Below, piece after piece: positions 1 through 10,404 of a stretch of 32,000 nt of DNA (positions are counted from its first letter, which is position 1; each line of letters opens with the position of its first letter). Where the stretch lies: positions 1,980,001-2,012,000 of the forward strand of contig NZ_LN831024.1 in NCBI RefSeq assembly GCF_001457615.1. Reading direction: 5' to 3'. The position numbers and the translations under genes are program-made. The stretch is from Pseudomonas aeruginosa (GTDB lineage Bacteria > Pseudomonadota > Gammaproteobacteria > Pseudomonadales > Pseudomonadaceae). The notes beneath the pieces were generated by a model. It searched no databases. It saw nothing but the letters and a program-made list of their open reading frames with translations, and had not been told where the DNA came from.

Positions 1-56
1 TGGCCGCGGACGGCAAAGAGGGGAGGGCCTACCCGTGGCGTCCGACCTGAATCGCT

Positions 57-950
57 TCAGGCCGCTGGAGTGCCGTTGCCGAATGCCTGTTCGTCGAGCA
101 GGCGCATGAAGGCGCGCGCGGCGTTCGACAGGGTCCGCTCAGTGTGCAGGATATAGCCGAGCTGGCGGCTGAGTTGGATGTCCTGCAGCGGCAGGCGCAC
201 CACCTGGTCGTCGAGCATGGTCCGCGGCAGCACGCTCCAGGCCAGGCCGATGGAGACCATCATCTTGATGGTCTCCAGGTAGTTGGTGCTCATGGCGATG
301 TTCGGCGTCAGCCCTTCGGCTTCGAACATGCGCCGCACGATGTGGTGGGTGAAGGTGTTGCCGCCGGGGAATACCGCGGGGTGCTTGGCGACGTCGGCGA
401 GGAACACCGTGCCCTGTCGGGCCAGCGGGTGCTCCGGGGCGGCGACGAAGTCCAGCGGGTCGTCCCACACCGGGACTGCGCGCACCGGTTCGGCGGTTTC
501 CGGGGCCAGGGTGATCACCGCCAGTTCCGCACGACCATGAAGGATCTCCTCGTAGGCCACTTCCGAATCCAGGAACTGGATATCCAGCGCCACCTGCGGA
601 TGCGCCCGGGTGAAGGCGCGCAGCAGCGGCGGCAGGCGATGCAGGCCGATGTGGTGGCTGGTGGCCAGGACCAGCCGGCCGCTGACCTCGCCGGTGAGGT
701 TGTTCAGCGCCCGGCGGGTGTCGTCGAGCACGTTGAGCAACTGGTAGGCGCGCGGCAGCAGGGCGCGGCCGGCCTCGGTGAGGTTGACCTCGCGGCCGAC
801 CCGGTCGAACAGCCGGGCATTGAGCTGCTGTTCGAGGGCGGCGATGCGCTTGCTCACCGCCGGTTGGGTCAGGTGCAGGCGCTCGCCGGCTTCGGAGAAG
901 CTGCCGGTCTCGGCAATGGCGATGAAGGTGTTGAGGCTGTTCAGGTCCAT
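57..950 (-). CDS. LysR-family transcriptional regulator
   Basis: 297-aa ORF. N-terminal LysR HTH (MDLNSLNTFIAIAETGSFSEAGERLHLTQPAVSKRIAALEQQL) followed by a substrate-binding-like domain. Divergent from leuC. Confidence 0.93.
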   Translation of the reverse strand: MDLNSLNTFIAIAETGSFSEAGERLHLTQPAVSKRIAALEQQLNARLFDRVGREVNLTEAGRALLPRAYQLLNVLDDTRRALNNLTGEVSGRLVLATSHHIGLHRLPPLLRAFTRAHPQVALDIQFLDSEVAYEEILHGRAELAVITLAPETAEPVRAVPVWDDPLDFVAAPEHPLARQGTVFLADVAKHPAVFPGGNTFTHHIVRRMFEAEGLTPNIAMSTNYLETIKMMVSIGLAWSVLPRTMLDDQVVRLPLQDIQLSRQLGYILHTERTLSNAARAFMRLLDEQAFGNGTPAA

Positions 951-989
951 TGCGGGCCTCCGCTGGTTTCGGCTGCCCGGAGCTTAGCG

Positions 990-1018
990 CCAATGGATTC
1001 CTGTTGGGAATGCTTTGG
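990..1018. promoter_or_regulatory. 29-bp imperfect dyad, candidate LysR-type regulator binding site (contains T-N11-A)
   Basis: CCAATGGATTCC-TGTTG-GGAATGCTTTGG. 10 of 12 arm positions are complementary around position 1004. T998-N11-A1010 fits the LTTR motif. Confidence 0.5.
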
Positions 1019-1033
1019 ATGAAAAATATGAAT

Positions 1034-1062
1034 TTGAGTTATTCGTAGACAAGCCATAGGAT
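1034..1062 (+). promoter_or_regulatory. Putative sigma70 promoter for leuCD (TTGAGT-N17-TAGGAT)
   Basis: -35-like TTGAGT at 1034-1039, 17-nt spacer, -10-like TAGGAT at 1057-1062, about 50 bp upstream of the leuC ATG. Confidence 0.5.
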
Positions 1063-1112
1063 CATCCTCACAAGCCCTGTGGGCATAGAAATGAGCTGAT
1101 GAGGAAATCCCG

Positions 1113-2537
1113 ATGGCCGGCAAGACCCTCTACGACAAACTCTGGGACATGCACCTGGTCAAGCAGCGCGACGACGGTTCGGCGCTGATCTACATCGACC
1201 GCCATATCCTGCACGAAGTGACCTCGCCGCAGGCCTTCGAGGGTCTTCGCCTGGCCGGGCGCAAGCCGTGGCGGATCGACGCCAACATCGCCACCCCGGA
1301 CCACAACGTGCCGACCACCCGCACCGAGCGCAAGGGCGGCATCGCCGCCATCGCCGACGAGGTCTCGCGCCTGCAGGTGCAGACCCTCGACGAGAACTGC
1401 GACGACTTCGGCATCACCGAATTCAAGATGAACGACGTGCGCCAGGGCATCGTCCATGTGGTCGGTCCGGAGCAGGGCGCGACCCTCCCGGGGATGACCG
1501 TGGTCTGCGGCGACTCGCACACTTCCACCCACGGCGCCTTCGGCGCGCTGGCCCACGGCATCGGCACTTCCGAGGTCGAGCATGTGCTGGCGACCCAGTG
1601 CCTGGTGGCGAAGAAGATGAAGAACATGCTGGTCAAGGTCGAAGGCAGGCTGCCGGCCGGCGTCACGGCGAAGGATATCGTCCTCGCGGTGATCGGCAGG
1701 ATCGGCACCGCCGGCGGCAACGGCCACGCCATCGAGTTCGCCGGCAGCGCCATCCGCGACCTGTCCATCGAAGGGCGGATGACCATCTGCAACATGTCGA
1801 TCGAGGCGGGCGCCCGCGTCGGCCTGGTCGCCGTCGACCAGAAGACCATCGACTACGTGAAGGGCCGGCCCTTCGCGCCGAGCGCCGAGCAATGGGACCA
1901 GGCCGTCGCCTGCTGGCAGGGGCTGGTGTCGGACGCCGATGCCCGCTTCGATACCGTGGTCGAGCTGGACGCCGCGCAGATCAAGCCGCAGGTCAGCTGG
2001 GGCACGTCGCCGGAAATGGTCCTGGCGGTGGACCAGAACGTGCCGGACCCGGCCCGCGAGAGCGACCCGATCAAGCGCGGTTCGATCGAGCGCGCCTTGA
2101 AGTACATGGGCCTGCGGCCGAACCAGGCGATCACCGACATCCAGCTGGACCGGGTATTCATCGGTTCCTGCACCAACTCGCGGATCGAGGACCTGCGCGC
2201 TGCCGCCGAAGTGGCCAGGGGCCGCAAGGTCGCCGCGACCATCAAGCAGGCGCTGGTGGTGCCGGGTTCCGGGTTGGTCAAGGAGCAGGCCGAGAAGGAA
2301 GGCCTGGACCGGATCTTCATCGAGGCCGGCTTCGAATGGCGCGAGCCGGGCTGTTCCATGTGCCTGGCGATGAACCCGGACCGGCTGGAGAGCGGCGAAC
2401 ACTGCGCCTCGACCTCCAACCGCAACTTCGAGGGCCGTCAGGGCGCCGGTGGCCGTACCCACCTGGTCAGCCCGGCGATGGCCGCCGCCGCGGCCGTCAA
2501 CGGCCGCTTCATCGATGTCCGCGAATTGCTCGCCTGA
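1113..2537 (+). CDS. leuC: 3-isopropylmalate dehydratase large subunit
   Basis: 474-aa ORF with aconitase-family motifs ([55 protein letters not shown]). Followed by leuD. RBS-like GAGGAAA upstream. Confidence 0.98.
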   Translation: MAGKTLYDKLWDMHLVKQRDDGSALIYIDRHILHEVTSPQAFEGLRLAGRKPWRIDANIATPDHNVPTTRTERKGGIAAIADEVSRLQVQTLDENCDDFGITEFKMNDVRQGIVHVVGPEQGATLPGMTVVCGDSHTSTHGAFGALAHGIGTSEVEHVLATQCLVAKKMKNMLVKVEGRLPAGVTAKDIVLAVIGRIGTAGGNGHAIEFAGSAIRDLSIEGRMTICNMSIEAGARVGLVAVDQKTIDYVKGRPFAPSAEQWDQAVACWQGLVSDADARFDTVVELDAAQIKPQVSWGTSPEMVLAVDQNVPDPARESDPIKRGSIERALKYMGLRPNQAITDIQLDRVFIGSCTNSRIEDLRAAAEVARGRKVAATIKQALVVPGSGLVKEQAEKEGLDRIFIEAGFEWREPGCSMCLAMNPDRLESGEHCASTSNRNFEGRQGAGGRTHLVSPAMAAAAAVNGRFIDVRELLA

Positions 2538-2548
2538 GGAGAACCGAG

Positions 2549-3187
2549 ATGAAACCCTATACCCAGACGACCGGTCTCGTCGCTCCGCTGGATCGCGCCA
2601 ACGTCGATACCGATCAGATCATTCCCAAGCAATTCCTCAAGTCGATCAAGCGCACCGGCTTCGGCCCCAACCTGTTCGACGAATGGCGCTACCTGGATGT
2701 CGGGCAGCCGGGACAGGACAACTCGAAGCGTCCGCTGAACCCGGACTTCGTCCTCAACCAGCCGCGCTACCAGGGCGCCAGCGTACTGCTGGCGCGGGAG
2801 AACTTCGGCTGCGGCTCGTCCCGCGAGCACGCGCCCTGGGCGCTGGACGAGTACGGTTTCCGCACGGTGATCGCACCGAGCTATGCCGACATCTTCTTCA
2901 ACAACAGTTTCAAGAACGGCTTGCTGCCGATCATCCTGCCCGAGGCCGAGGTGGACGAACTGTTCCGCCAGGTCGAGGCGAACGAAGGCTACCAGTTGTC
3001 CATCGACCTGGCGGCGCAGACCGTTACCCGTCCTGATGGCAAGGTGCTGGGGTTCGAGGTCGACCCGTTCCGCAAGCATTGCCTGCTCAACGGCCTCGAC
3101 GACATCGGCCTGACGCTGCAGGACGCCGATGCGATCCGTGCCTTCGAGGACGGCTACCGCCAGCAGCAGCCCTGGCTGTTCCGCTGA
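2549..3187 (+). CDS. leuD: 3-isopropylmalate dehydratase small subunit
   Basis: 212-aa protein starting [31 protein letters not shown], with the [13 protein letters not shown] motif. In the 1268..3187 frame. RBS-like GAGGAG upstream. Confidence 0.97.
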   Translation: MKPYTQTTGLVAPLDRANVDTDQIIPKQFLKSIKRTGFGPNLFDEWRYLDVGQPGQDNSKRPLNPDFVLNQPRYQGASVLLARENFGCGSSREHAPWALDEYGFRTVIAPSYADIFFNNSFKNGLLPIILPEAEVDELFRQVEANEGYQLSIDLAAQTVTRPDGKVLGFEVDPFRKHCLLNGLDDIGLTLQDADAIRAFEDGYRQQQPWLFR

Positions 3188-3207
3188 GCGCCACGCGAGT
3201 CCCCTTG

Positions 3208-3242
3208 CCGGGCGCATCCTGGGTAGGGTGCGCCCGGTTTTT
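3208..3242 (+). terminator. Rho-independent terminator downstream of leuD
   Basis: CCGGGCGCATCC-TGGGTA-GGGTGCGCCCGG-TTTTT: 12-bp stem with one G-U wobble, 6-nt loop, 5-T run. Confidence 0.85.
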
Positions 3243-3258
3243 CTCCCGGAGTAGGTTC

Positions 3259-4020
3259 ATGAGCGACCACGATGACGTTGTCCAGCGCCAGTTCGGCGCC
3301 CAGGCTTCGGCCTACCTGAGCAGCGCCGTGCATGCCCAGGGCGAGGAATTCGCCTTGCTGCGCGACGCCCTGGCCGGGCGCCCGGAAGCGCGGGTCCTCG
3401 ACCTGGGCTGCGGCGCCGGCCACGTGAGCTTCCAGGTCGCCGCCCTGGCAGGGGAGGTGGTGGCCTACGATCTTTCCGCCGAGATGCTCGCCGTGGTGGC
3501 GCAGAGCGCCGCGGAACGGGGCATGGCGAACATCCGCACCGAGCAGGGCAAGGCGGAGAGCCTGCCCTTCGCCGACGGCGAGTTCGATTTCGTCTTCAGT
3601 CGCTATTCCACCCATCACTGGCGCGACGTCGGCCTGGCCCTGCGCGAGGTGCGGCGGGTGCTCAAGCCCGGCGGGGTGGCGATCTTCGTCGACGTGGCGG
3701 CGCCCGGGCAGGCCTTGCCGGACACCTTCCTGCAGACCGTCGAGCTGCTCCGCGACACCAGCCATGTGCGCAACTACTCGCCGGCCGAGTGGGCGCGCCT
3801 GAGCGGCGAGGCGGGGTTGCTGGTCACCGGAAGCCGGCGCCAGCGTCTGCGCTTGGAGTTCCAGTCGTGGGTCGAGCGGATGCGTACGCCGGAGGTGTTC
3901 CGCCAGGCGATCCGCAGCCTGCAGCTGGCGGTGGGCGAGGAAGTCAGAGAGTATTTCGAGATTGCCGACGACGGCTCGTTCAGCACCGACGTGCTGGTGC
4001 TGTGGCTGCGTCGGGAGTGA
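3259..4020 (+). CDS. Class I SAM-dependent methyltransferase, UbiE-like fold
   Basis: 253-aa protein [28 protein letters not shown]... with SAM-binding motif [18 protein letters not shown] and a downstream RYSTHHWRD segment. Confidence 0.9.
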   Translation: MSDHDDVVQRQFGAQASAYLSSAVHAQGEEFALLRDALAGRPEARVLDLGCGAGHVSFQVAALAGEVVAYDLSAEMLAVVAQSAAERGMANIRTEQGKAESLPFADGEFDFVFSRYSTHHWRDVGLALREVRRVLKPGGVAIFVDVAAPGQALPDTFLQTVELLRDTSHVRNYSPAEWARLSGEAGLLVTGSRRQRLRLEFQSWVERMRTPEVFRQAIRSLQLAVGEEVREYFEIADDGSFSTDVLVLWLRRE

Positions 4021-4078
4021 CGGTTCGATCACGGCGGCGCATGCCCGCCGTTCAATGAATGAAGGACAAGAGGGTGTT

Positions 4079-5161
<1,083 letters not shown>

Positions 5162-5172
5162 TCTGACGGGCT

Positions 5173-5200
5173 TGGCCGGCGCCATGATGGCTGCCGGCCA
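5173..5200. repeat. Strong hairpin between leuB and asd (no T-run)
   Basis: TGGCCGGC-GCCATGATGGCT-GCCGGCCA: 8-bp perfect outer stem with a nested GCC/GGC stem. Confidence 0.6.
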
Positions 5201-5230
5201 GCTCACTTCTCTCATATAGGTGTAGTTGCG

Positions 5231-6343
5231 ATGAAGCGTGTAGGTCTGATCGGTTGGCGCGGGATGGTGGGTTCCGTACTCATGCAGCGGATGCTGGAAG
5301 AGCGGGACTTCGACCTGATCGAGCCGGTGTTCTTCACCACGTCGAACGTCGGTGGCCAGGGCCCGGAAGTGGGCAAGGACATCGCTCCGCTGAAGGACGC
5401 CTACAGCATCGACGAGCTGAAGACCCTCGACGTGATCCTGACCTGCCAGGGCGGCGACTACACCAGCGAAGTATTCCCCAAGCTGCGCGAGGCCGGCTGG
5501 CAGGGCTACTGGATCGATGCTGCCTCCAGCCTGCGCATGGAAGACGACGCGGTGATCGTCCTCGACCCGGTCAACCGCAAGGTCATCGACCAGGCCCTGG
5601 ACGCCGGCACCCGCAACTACATCGGCGGCAACTGCACCGTCAGCCTGATGCTGATGGCCCTGGGCGGGCTGTTCGACGCCGGCCTGGTCGAGTGGATGAG
5701 CGCCATGACCTACCAGGCCGCCTCCGGCGCCGGTGCGCAGAACATGCGTGAACTGCTCAAGCAGATGGGCGCCGCCCATGCATCGGTGGCGGATGACCTG
5801 GCCAACCCGGCCAGCGCGATCCTCGACATCGACCGCAAGGTGGCGGAGACCCTGCGCAGCGAAGCCTTCCCCATCGAGCATTTCGGCGCGCCGCTGGGCG
5901 GCAGCCTGATCCCCTGGATCGACAAGGAACTGCCCAACGGGCAGAGCCGCGAAGAGTGGAAGGCCCAGGCGGAGACCAACAAGATCCTCGCCCGCTTCAA
6001 GAACCCGATCCCGGTCGACGGTATCTGCGTGCGCGTCGGCGCCATGCGTTGCCACAGCCAGGCACTGACCATCAAGTTGAACAAGGATGTGCCGCTGACC
6101 GACATCGAGGGCCTGATCAGCCAGCACAATCCCTGGGTCAAGCTGGTGCCGAACCACCGCGAGGTAAGCGTGCGCGAGCTGACCCCGGCCGCCGTCACCG
6201 GCACCCTGAGCGTTCCGGTCGGGCGCCTGCGCAAACTGAACATGGGCTCCCAGTATCTCGGCGCCTTCACCGTCGGCGACCAGTTGCTGTGGGGCGCTGC
6301 CGAGCCGCTGCGGCGCATGTTGCGCATCCTGCTGGAGCGCTGA
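5231..6343 (+). CDS. asd: Aspartate-semialdehyde dehydrogenase
   Basis: 370-aa [41 protein letters not shown]... with catalytic Cys context [13 protein letters not shown] and [14 protein letters not shown]. Confidence 0.97.
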   Translation: MKRVGLIGWRGMVGSVLMQRMLEERDFDLIEPVFFTTSNVGGQGPEVGKDIAPLKDAYSIDELKTLDVILTCQGGDYTSEVFPKLREAGWQGYWIDAASSLRMEDDAVIVLDPVNRKVIDQALDAGTRNYIGGNCTVSLMLMALGGLFDAGLVEWMSAMTYQAASGAGAQNMRELLKQMGAAHASVADDLANPASAILDIDRKVAETLRSEAFPIEHFGAPLGGSLIPWIDKELPNGQSREEWKAQAETNKILARFKNPIPVDGICVRVGAMRCHSQALTIKLNKDVPLTDIEGLISQHNPWVKLVPNHREVSVRELTPAAVTGTLSVPVGRLRKLNMGSQYLGAFTVGDQLLWGAAEPLRRMLRILLER

Positions 6344-6344
6344 T

Positions 6345-6380
6345 CGATCCGGCGCCGCCCGCAATGGGCGGCGCCTCGAT
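6345..6380. terminator. GC-rich stem-loop after asd, terminator-like but without a T-run
   Basis: GGCGCCGCCC-GCAAT-GGGCGGCGCC (6351-6375): 10-bp perfect stem, flanked by ATCGA / TCGAT. Confidence 0.45.
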
Positions 6381-6444
6381 TGCCTGGGCGAAGGTGGGCA
6401 AGTAAAGTGCCACGCCTATTTCGCAGACCGCCGAGGCTTTTCCC

Positions 6445-7455
6445 ATGTCCCAGCCCCTCAATGTCGCAGTCGTAGGCGCCACCGGATCGGTTGGCGAGGC
6501 TCTGGTCGGTCTCCTCGACGAACGCGACTTCCCGCTTCATCGTTTGCACCTGCTGGCCAGCGCCGAGTCGGCCGGGCAGCGCATGGGTTTCGCCGAAAGC
6601 AGCCTGCGCGTCGGCGATGTCGATAGCTTCGATTTTTCCAGTGTCGGCCTGGCCTTCTTCGCCGCGGCAGCCGAGGTGTCGCGTGCCCATGCCGAGCGCG
6701 CCCGCGCGGCGGGTTGTTCGGTGATCGACCTGAGCGGCGCCCTGGAACCGAGCGTCGCACCGCCGGTCATGGTTTCGGTGAATGCCGAACGCCTGGCCTC
6801 GCAAGCGGCGCCGTTCCTTTTGTCCAGTCCTTGCGCCGTAGCCGCCGAACTGTGCGAAGTGCTGGCGCCACTCCTGGCCACGCTGGATTGCCGGCAACTG
6901 AACCTGACAGCCTGCCTCTCCGTCTCCAGCCTGGGGCGCGAAGGGGTCAAGGAACTCGCCCGGCAGACCGCCGAACTGCTCAATGCGCGCCCCCTGGAGC
7001 CGCGTCTCTTCGACCGCCAGATCGCCTTCAACCTGCTCGCGCAGGTCGGAGCGGTGGATGCCGAGGGACACAGCGCGATCGAGCGGCGCATCTTCGCGGA
7101 GGTGCAGGCCTTGCTTGGCGAGCGTATCGGACCGTTGAACGTTACCTGCATCCAGGCGCCGGTATTCTTCGGCGATAGCCTCAGCGTGACCCTGCAGTGC
7201 GCGGAACCGGTGGACCTGGCCGCGGTGACGCGGGTCCTCGATGCGACGAAAGGTATCGAATGGGTCGGCGAGGGCGATTATCCGACGGTGGTCGGCGATG
7301 CCCTCGGCCAGGACGAGACCTATGTCGGCCGGGTGAGGGCGGGGCAGGCTGATCCCTGTCAGGTCAATTTGTGGATTGTGTCTGATAATGTGCGAAAAGG
7401 TGCCGCGCTGAATGCCGTGCTCCTGGGTGAGTTGTTGATAAAACACTATCTGTAA
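6445..7455 (+). CDS. Aspartate-semialdehyde dehydrogenase-like paralog (Usg-type)
   Basis: 336-aa ORF MSQPLNVAVVGATGSVGEALVGLLDERDFPLHRLHLLAS..., ASADH-family NAD-binding domain, adjacent to asd. Confidence 0.85.
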   Translation: MSQPLNVAVVGATGSVGEALVGLLDERDFPLHRLHLLASAESAGQRMGFAESSLRVGDVDSFDFSSVGLAFFAAAAEVSRAHAERARAAGCSVIDLSGALEPSVAPPVMVSVNAERLASQAAPFLLSSPCAVAAELCEVLAPLLATLDCRQLNLTACLSVSSLGREGVKELARQTAELLNARPLEPRLFDRQIAFNLLAQVGAVDAEGHSAIERRIFAEVQALLGERIGPLNVTCIQAPVFFGDSLSVTLQCAEPVDLAAVTRVLDATKGIEWVGEGDYPTVVGDALGQDETYVGRVRAGQADPCQVNLWIVSDNVRKGAALNAVLLGELLIKHYL

Positions 7456-7474
7456 AAGATACTTACCCACAGAT

Positions 7475-7502
7475 TTGTAGAATTATTCGAGCTTGTTAAT
7501 AC
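7475..7502 (+). promoter_or_regulatory. Possible sigma70-like promoter upstream of fimV (TTGTAG-N16-TAATAC)
   Basis: AT-rich stretch in the fimV upstream intergenic region with near-consensus hexamers. Confidence 0.3.
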
Positions 7503-7623
7503 TGGTTCGATCCGCTGCTGCCGGGGAGCGTCCGTCCATGCATGGCTGGGCGAGCGGACAGCAAGCACCGACGCACTCCCTCTCGTGAAACGAGAAAAGA
7601 TATTAAAACCAAGGGATTACACT

Positions 7624-10383
7624 ATGGTTCGGCTTCGTACACTGGTTCGGGCAATCGCGGCGGCCTCGGTCCTGACTTCCGGCATGGCGCATGGATTGGG
7701 ACTGGGGGAAATCACCCTGAAGTCGGCGTTGAACCAACCGTTGGATGCCGAGATCGAGCTGCTCGAAGTTCGTGACCTGGGTTCGGGCGAGGTGATCCCG
7801 AGCCTGGCGTCGCCGGAAGAGTTCAGCAAGGCGGGCGTCGATCGCCTGTACTACCTCACCGACCTGAAGTTCACGCCGGTGGTGAAGCCCAACGGCAAGA
7901 GCGTCATTCGCGTGACCTCGTCGAAGCCGGTGCAGGAGCCCTACCTGAACTTCCTGGTCCAGGTGCTCTGGCCGAACGGCCGCCTGCTGCGCGAGTACAC
8001 CGTCCTGCTGGATCCGCCGCTGTACTCCCCGCAGGCCGCGGCAAGCGCTCCGCAAGCGCCGGTCAGCGCGCCGCGCGCGACCGGCGCCCCGCGAGCCCCG
8101 CAGGCTCCGGCTCCGGTGCGTACCACCGCGCCGGCAGGCAGCGACACCTATCGCACCGTTTCCAACGACACGCTCTGGGAGATCGCCCAGCGCAACCGTA
8201 CCGATCGCGTTTCCGTACCCCAGGCGATGCTCGCGTTCCAGGAGCTGAATCCGGGCGCCTTCGTCGATGGCAACATCAACCGGCTGAAGAGCGGCCAGGT
8301 CCTGCGCATTCCCACCGAACAGCAGATGCTGGAGCGCTCGCCGCGCGAGGCGCTGTCCCAGGTGCAGGCGCAGAACCAGAGCTGGCGCGGCAGCCGCAAT
8401 CCGGCCGCGGGCAGCGCTGGCGCCAGGCAGTTGGATGCGACCCAGCGCAATGCCGCCGGGTCGGCGCCATCCAAGGTCGACGCCACGGACAATCTGCGCC
8501 TGGTGTCTGGCGAGGGCAAGGCCAGCAAGGGTGCCGACAAGGGCGGAAAGGGCGACAGCAAGGCGATCGCCGATACCCTGGCGGTGACCAAGGAAAGCCT
8601 CGACAGCACTCGCCGCGAGAACGAAGAACTGCAGAGTCGCATGCAGGATCTGCAGAGCCAGTTGGACAAGCTGCAGAAGTTGATCCAGCTGAAGGACGCC
8701 CAGTTGGCCAAGCTGCAAGGGCAGTTGGGCGCCGAAGGCCAGGGCGCAGCCCAGCCGAACGCAGCCCTGCCGGATGCGTCCCAGCCCAATGCGGCCGCGC
8801 AGGCGCCGGCTCAGCCCGGGACTCCTGCTGCGGCAGCGCCGACTCCTGCTCCAGCCGGAGAAGCACCCGCCGCTCCGGCGCAGCCTCCGGTGGCGCCGCC
8901 GCCCGCGCCAGCTGCCGAGAAGCCTCCGGCACCTGCCGTTCCGGCGCCCGCTCCGGTACAGGCGGCAGAGCAGCCGGCACCGAGCTTCCTCGACGAACTG
9001 CTGGCCAACCCGCTGTGGTTGGCGGTGATCGGCGGTAGCGCACTGCTGGCGTTGCTGGTGCTGCTGATGATCCTGTCGCGGCGCAATGCGCAGAAAGAGA
9101 AGGAAGAAGCCCAGGCTTTCGCCGCGGATACCGGCGAGGAACAGGAGGATGCGCTGGACCTGGGAAAGGACGGCTTCGACGACCTGACCCTCGACGAGCC
9201 TGAGCCGCAGGTCGCAGCCGTCGCTCCGCAGGTCGAGAAGACCACCGCGCAGACTTCCGATGCGCTGGGCGAGGCCGACATCTATATCGCCTACGGGCGT
9301 TTCAACCAGGCCGCCGAACTGTTGCAGAACGCCATCTACGACGAGCCGCAGCGCACCGACCTGCGCCTCAAGCTGATGGAAGTCTATGCCGAGATGGGCG
9401 ATCGCGAAGGTTTCGCTCGCCAGGAAAACGAGCTGCGCGAAATCGGCGGCGCACAGCCGCAGGTCGAGCAGCTCAAGTCGCGCTATCCGGCAATGGTCGC
9501 GGTCGCCGCGGTTGCCGGCCTGGCCGGCGCCAAGCTGGCGCAGGACGAGCTGGATAGCTTCAGCCTCGACGATCTGTCGCTCGACGACAGCGGTCACGCG
9601 GCCAAGCCGGATGCGGCAGGACAGGATCTCGACGACGCCTTCGACCTGAGCCTGGACGACCTGGGCGGCGACGACGTGCAGGCCGACCTCAAGTCCGACA
9701 GCGGGGCGCTGGACGACCTGACCCTGGACAGCGATCTGGACCTGGCGGCCTCGACCGCGGCGGACAAGCCTGTCGACGATCTCGACTTCGGCCTGGATTT
9801 CGCGGAGTTGGCAGAGACTCCGAGCCAACCCAAGCATGACGACCTGGGCGATTTCTCCCTGGATCTCGATGCGCCGGAAGACAAGCTTTCGGACGACGAC
9901 TTCCTGCTTTCGCTGAACGACGAAGTGCCCGCCGCGGCGCCCGCCGACAACGAATTCACCCTCGATACCGAGGCTGCCGAAGAGCCGGCGTTGTCCCTGC
10001 CGGACGACTTCGACCTGTCGCTGGCCGACGAGCCGACGGAGCCGGCCGCTCCGGAGAAGGGCGAGGACAGTTTCGCCGCCCAGTTGGACGAGGTGAGTGC
10101 GCAGTTGGACGAGTTGGCCAGCAACCTTGACGAGCCGAAGAGCGCGACGCCGAGTTTCTCCGCCGAAGATGCAGCGGTCGCCTCCGCCCTGGACGGAGAC
10201 GCCGACGATGACTTCGACTTCCTCTCCGGTGCCGACGAAGCGGCGACCAAGCTGGATCTGGCTCGCGCCTACATCGACATGGGCGATAGCGAAGGCGCGC
10301 GCGATATCCTCGACGAAGTCCTGGCCGAAGGTAACGACAGCCAGCAGGCGGAAGCCCGCGAGTTGCTGGAGCGCCTGGCCTGA
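7624..10383 (+). CDS. fimV: Motility / peptidoglycan-binding hub protein FimV
   Basis: 919-aa protein from MVRLRTLVRAIAAASVLTSGMAHGLGLGEITLKSALNQPLDAEIELL: signal peptide, LysM-like segment (YRTVSNDTLWEIAQ...LKSGQVLRIP), coiled coil, Pro/Ala-rich linker, TM (LWLAVIGGSALLALLVLLMIL), acidic repeats, C-terminal TPR-like segment (KLDLARAYIDMGDSEGARDILDEVLAEG). Confidence 0.96.
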   Translation: MVRLRTLVRAIAAASVLTSGMAHGLGLGEITLKSALNQPLDAEIELLEVRDLGSGEVIPSLASPEEFSKAGVDRLYYLTDLKFTPVVKPNGKSVIRVTSSKPVQEPYLNFLVQVLWPNGRLLREYTVLLDPPLYSPQAAASAPQAPVSAPRATGAPRAPQAPAPVRTTAPAGSDTYRTVSNDTLWEIAQRNRTDRVSVPQAMLAFQELNPGAFVDGNINRLKSGQVLRIPTEQQMLERSPREALSQVQAQNQSWRGSRNPAAGSAGARQLDATQRNAAGSAPSKVDATDNLRLVSGEGKASKGADKGGKGDSKAIADTLAVTKESLDSTRRENEELQSRMQDLQSQLDKLQKLIQLKDAQLAKLQGQLGAEGQGAAQPNAALPDASQPNAAAQAPAQPGTPAAAAPTPAPAGEAPAAPAQPPVAPPPAPAAEKPPAPAVPAPAPVQAAEQPAPSFLDELLANPLWLAVIGGSALLALLVLLMILSRRNAQKEKEEAQAFAADTGEEQEDALDLGKDGFDDLTLDEPEPQVAAVAPQVEKTTAQTSDALGEADIYIAYGRFNQAAELLQNAIYDEPQRTDLRLKLMEVYAEMGDREGFARQENELREIGGAQPQVEQLKSRYPAMVAVAAVAGLAGAKLAQDELDSFSLDDLSLDDSGHAAKPDAAGQDLDDAFDLSLDDLGGDDVQADLKSDSGALDDLTLDSDLDLAASTAADKPVDDLDFGLDFAELAETPSQPKHDDLGDFSLDLDAPEDKLSDDDFLLSLNDEVPAAAPADNEFTLDTEAAEEPALSLPDDFDLSLADEPTEPAAPEKGEDSFAAQLDEVSAQLDELASNLDEPKSATPSFSAEDAAVASALDGDADDDFDFLSGADEAATKLDLARAYIDMGDSEGARDILDEVLAEGNDSQQAEARELLERLA
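9549..10150 (+). repeat. fimV: Degenerate Asp-rich coding repeats in fimV (DLSLDD / DFDLSL / DLTLDSDLDL type)
   Basis: Recurring DSFSLDDLSLDD, DAFDLSLDDLGGDD, DDLTLDSDLDL, DFSLDLDAPEDKLSDDD, DDFDLSLADEPTEP in the translation. Confidence 0.7.
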
Positions 10384-10404
10384 TCCGGAAATGAAGCGAC
10401 CCTC

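Noticed and set aside
1091-1099. ATGAGCTGA mini-ORF just upstream of leuC as a leader or attenuation peptide
   Set aside because: Only two sense codons, no leucine codons, and no nearby attenuator-type hairpin or T-run.
7585-7623. 13-codon N-terminal extension of fimV
   Set aside because: It would put charged residues (MKREKILKPRDYT) ahead of a clear signal peptide that begins at MVRLRTLVRAIAAASV.
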